From Octopus bimaculoides (lineage: Eukaryota): 34,725 bases of DNA. The notes beneath the pieces are model-generated. The model saw only the letters and a list, made by a program, of their open reading frames with translations. It searched no databases and was not told the DNA's origin. The stretch is taken from contig NC_068984.1 of assembly GCF_001194135.2 (NCBI RefSeq), positions 53,187,037-53,221,761 on the forward strand. The letters run 5' to 3'. Both the position numbers and the translations under genes were made by a program. Numbering within the stretch: position 1 is the stretch's first letter; every line of letters begins with the position of its first letter. Shown here piece by piece: positions 31,874 to 34,725 of this stretch.

Positions 31874-32278
31874 AGGAGTGGCTGTGTGGTAAGTAGCTTG
31901 CTTACCAACCACATGGTCCCGGGTTCAGTCCCACTGCGTGGCATCTTGGGCAAGTGTCTTCTACTATAGCCTCGGGCCGACCAAAGCCTTGTGAGTGGAT
32001 TTGGTAGACGGAAACTGAAAGAAGCCCGTCATATATATGTATATATATATGTATGTGTGTATGTATTTGTGTGTTTGTGTTTGTCCCCCCAACATCGCTT
32101 GACAACCGATGCTGGTGTGTTTATGTCCCCGTAACATAGCGGTTCGGCAAAAAGAGACCGATAGAATAAGTACTAAGCTTCTAAAGAAAAAGTCCTGGGG
32201 TCAATTTGCTCGACTAAAAAGGCGGTGCTCCAGCATGGCCACAGTCAAAAGACTGAAACAAGTAAAAGAGTAAAAGAG
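31874..32278 (+). mobile_element. SINE family A, full-length young copy
   Basis: A-box TGGCTGTGTGG, B-box GGTTCAGTCCC, CpGs retained, tail GTAAAAGAGTAAAAGAG. Confidence 0.95.
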
Positions 32279-32501
32279 ATATATATTTATATTAATGTTT
32301 GTTTTTATGTTCAGTGACAATAAAAACAATTTTACATTAATCTGATGGGTTACTTTATACTTTACTACAATATAAATTTATCATTCTTAAACGAGAATGT
32401 TGCTGACAGTGACTTCGAATTTTTGGCCAGATAAACCATTGTCAGCAGTCCTACAATGGCTTAACTAGCCAAAACTTCAAAGTCATAATCAAACAATATT
32501 A

Positions 32502-32898
32502 CTCTTTTACTTGTTTCAGTCATTTGACTGCGGCCATGCTGGAGCACCGCCTTTAGTCAAGCAAATCGACCCCAGGACTTATTCTTTGGAAGCCTAGTAC
32601 TTATTCTATCGGTCCCTTTCCCGAACCGCTAAGTTACGGGGACATAAACACACCACCATCGGTTGTCAAGCGATGTTGGAGGGACAAACAGACACACAAA
32701 CACACACATACACATATATATATATACATATATACGATAGGCTTCTTTCAGTTTCCGTCTACCAAATCCACTCACAAGGCTTTGGTCGGCCCGAGGCTAT
32801 AGTAGAAGACACTTGCCCAAGGTGCCAAGCAGTGGGAGTGAACACGGAACCATGTGGTTGGTAAGCAAGCTACTTACCACACAGCCACTCCTGCGCCT
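32502..32898 (-). mobile_element. SINE family A, full-length young copy, inverted relative to 31874-32278
   Basis: An 82-bp block at 32740-32821 is the exact reverse complement of 31945-32026. Confidence 0.95.
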
Positions 32899-32924
32899 AT
32901 ATTCTTGTTTAAGAATAATAAAGA

Positions 32925-32956
<32 letters not shown>

Positions 32957-32959
32957 TGT

Positions 32960-33195
32960 GTGTGTGTGTGTGTGATCATGCTTGTGCTATGTTTGTTGGT
33001 TTGCTTATGTCCCCATAATGTAGTGGTGTTGGTTTGTTTACATCCCCATAGAGTAGAAGTTCAGCAAAGGAAATCAATAGAATAAATATCAGGTTTAAAA
33101 AATAAGTATTGTGGTCAATTTGCATGACTAAATACTACAAGGCAGTGCCCCAACATAGCCACAGTCCAATAGCTGAAACAAGTATACAATAAAAG
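32960..33195 (+). mobile_element. SINE family A, 3' half, older
   Basis: GGTGTTGGTTTGTTTACATCCCC...GGCAGTGCCCCAACATAGCCACAGTCC...CTGAAACAAGTA. Confidence 0.75.
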
Positions 33196-33267
33196 ATACT
33201 TAGTTCGAAAACTTAAAAGGGTCTATGCTCTAAAGTAGACATAGCTTACATACTTAATATGTATACA

Positions 33268-33602
33268 GCACTCCGTCGGTTACGACAACGAGGGTTCCAG
33301 TTGGATCCATTCAACGGAACAGCCTGCTCGTGAAATTAACATGCAAGTGGCTGAGCACTCCACAGACATAGTTCTCAGGGAGATTCAGCGTGACACAGAG
33401 TGTGACAAGGCTAGTCCTTTGAAATACAGGTACAACAGAAACAGGAAGAAAGCGTGAAAGAAAGTTGTGGTGAAAGAGTACAGCAGGGTTCGCCACCATC
33501 CCCTGCTGGAGCCTCGTGGAACTTTAGGTGTTTCCGTTCAATAAACACTCAAAACGCCCGGTCTGGGAATCGAAACCAACCACTGGGCCATTGCGCCTCC
33601 AC
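33268..33602 (-). mobile_element. SINE family B, tail-less, two internal deletions, 11-bp TSD
   Basis: TSD TGTATACAGCA at 33260-33270 and 33603-33613. Lacks about 30 nt of the tRNA-like head (between CGAAACC and AACCACTGG) and about 15 nt of the body. Confidence 0.92.
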
Positions 33603-33799
33603 TGTATACAGCATATACTGCATATATAATTCTACCAGGTGATTTTCATATGATTATTGTTAGCCCCAGTCATTCCCAATCATGCAGACTTATATATAAT
33701 GAAAGCATTTCAGACATGACCATCTTAGGTTTTAGTATATCTAAAACTATATTGTCTAATGTGTCCTCACTGCCATTTTTTTTTACTTATGTTAAGGTA

Positions 33800-34005
33800 A
33801 CAGGTTTGTCTTGAGGGATTTCCAGTTGCTTTTCCAGCAGATGAGGCAAACACATAGAAGATCTTCTTGTTTTCCATGATGAAATATTACCTTGCTTGGT
33901 AAATGTTGGTGACAGGAAATGCATCCAGACTTAGAAAAATCTGTCAGCAAATTCCCTCTGACGCATGCAAACATGGAAAAGTGGATGTTAAAATGATGAT
34001 GATGC
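33800..34005 (+). repeat. Repeat family E variant with (TGA)n tail
   Basis: GGAAATGCATCCAG...CATGCAAACATGGAAAAGTGGATGTTAAAATGATGATGATG. Confidence 0.6.
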
Positions 34006-34339
34006 ATATCATTTTTAATTGTTTACAGTGACATAAGAATCTTGCTTATCTTGCTATTTGTTTTCCTCTATTTTTTGCTAACATTATCTAAGCAGCAAAC
34101 CATGTCAGATTTATATCATTTTTTGTCCTGTAATTTATTAATTATTTATCTGATATCACGTCTCATGACAATTTCTTAATTAATGGCTGATGCCCATCTC
34201 AGAAGGTTTTAGTTCAGTTGGAAAAGTCATTTGAATTAGAAATCATAATGAAATCATTGATTCTATTTGTTGATAATTTACCACTACATCAGTTACCACA
34301 AGCAGACCGTTACTCTTAAATAACAATAATAAAGAACAC

Positions 34340-34563
34340 TACTTATGAGGCAGCCATCAATGTGGTTGCACAATCTGTTAGAAGTATAGCAGCCATGTTT
34401 TCCTTAAATAAACCTCACTGTCTTAAAAAAGGCAAAGAACATATAAAGTAACATAATCCTAGATACCCTTAAACAAAAAGAATGGAGATAGTTGGGCTGA
34501 AATGTGGTTGATCAGAGGTTTACCTGATCAAGATTGACCTGGGATTAAATAACAATAACAATT
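34340..34563 (+). repeat. Repeat family D with AAC/AAT tail
   Basis: GTGGTTGCACAATCTGTTAGAAGTATAGCAGCC...TGTCTTAAAAAAGG...TTGACCTGGGATTAAATAACAATAACAA. Confidence 0.6.
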
Positions 34564-34597
34564 GACACTACCACTTCTAAACAACAATACTAATCAT

Positions 34598-34654
34598 ACA
34601 CACACACACATGCATATTGATATACATACATACACATACATACATACATATACA

Positions 34655-34725
<71 letters not shown>
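34598..34725. repeat. (CA)/(CATA)n/(TA)n microsatellite to window end
   Basis: Direct reading. Confidence 0.95.

Noticed and set aside
32401-32447. 11-bp hairpin TGCTGACAGTG/CATTGTCAGCA
   Set aside because: Stem too short and loop too large for a pre-miRNA; no known mature miRNA recognised.

Overview
AT-rich eukaryotic non-coding DNA, most likely from an octopus/coleoid cephalopod; this is inferred from the tRNA-derived SINE families and dense microsatellites I recognise, not from a database search. Six assembly gaps total 2338 N. I recognise no intact host protein-coding gene, rRNA, true tRNA or CRISPR array, and most ORF-track entries are microsatellite, N-run or SINE artefacts. The window is a transposon graveyard: a full-length but dead Tc1-type DNA transposon (30-bp TIRs, TA TSD), two unrelated Ty3/Gypsy pol remnants (one with PPT and a probable 3' LTR), two RTE-clade LINE fragments, a CR1-like RT remnant, about 20 copies of three tRNA-headed SINE families (labelled A, B, C here) and two LINE-tail-like repeat families (D, E). 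The most interesting signals are (1) a ~620-bp inverted pair of ~260-300-bp units, each carrying a decayed type-I hammerhead-ribozyme fold, plus two unrelated hammerhead-like fossils elsewhere; (2) an inverted SINE dimer enclosed by one 12-bp target-site duplication; and (3) several long fold-back structures that would form dsRNA if transcribed. All alignments were made by eye, so boundaries of old repeats are approximate to tens of bp.
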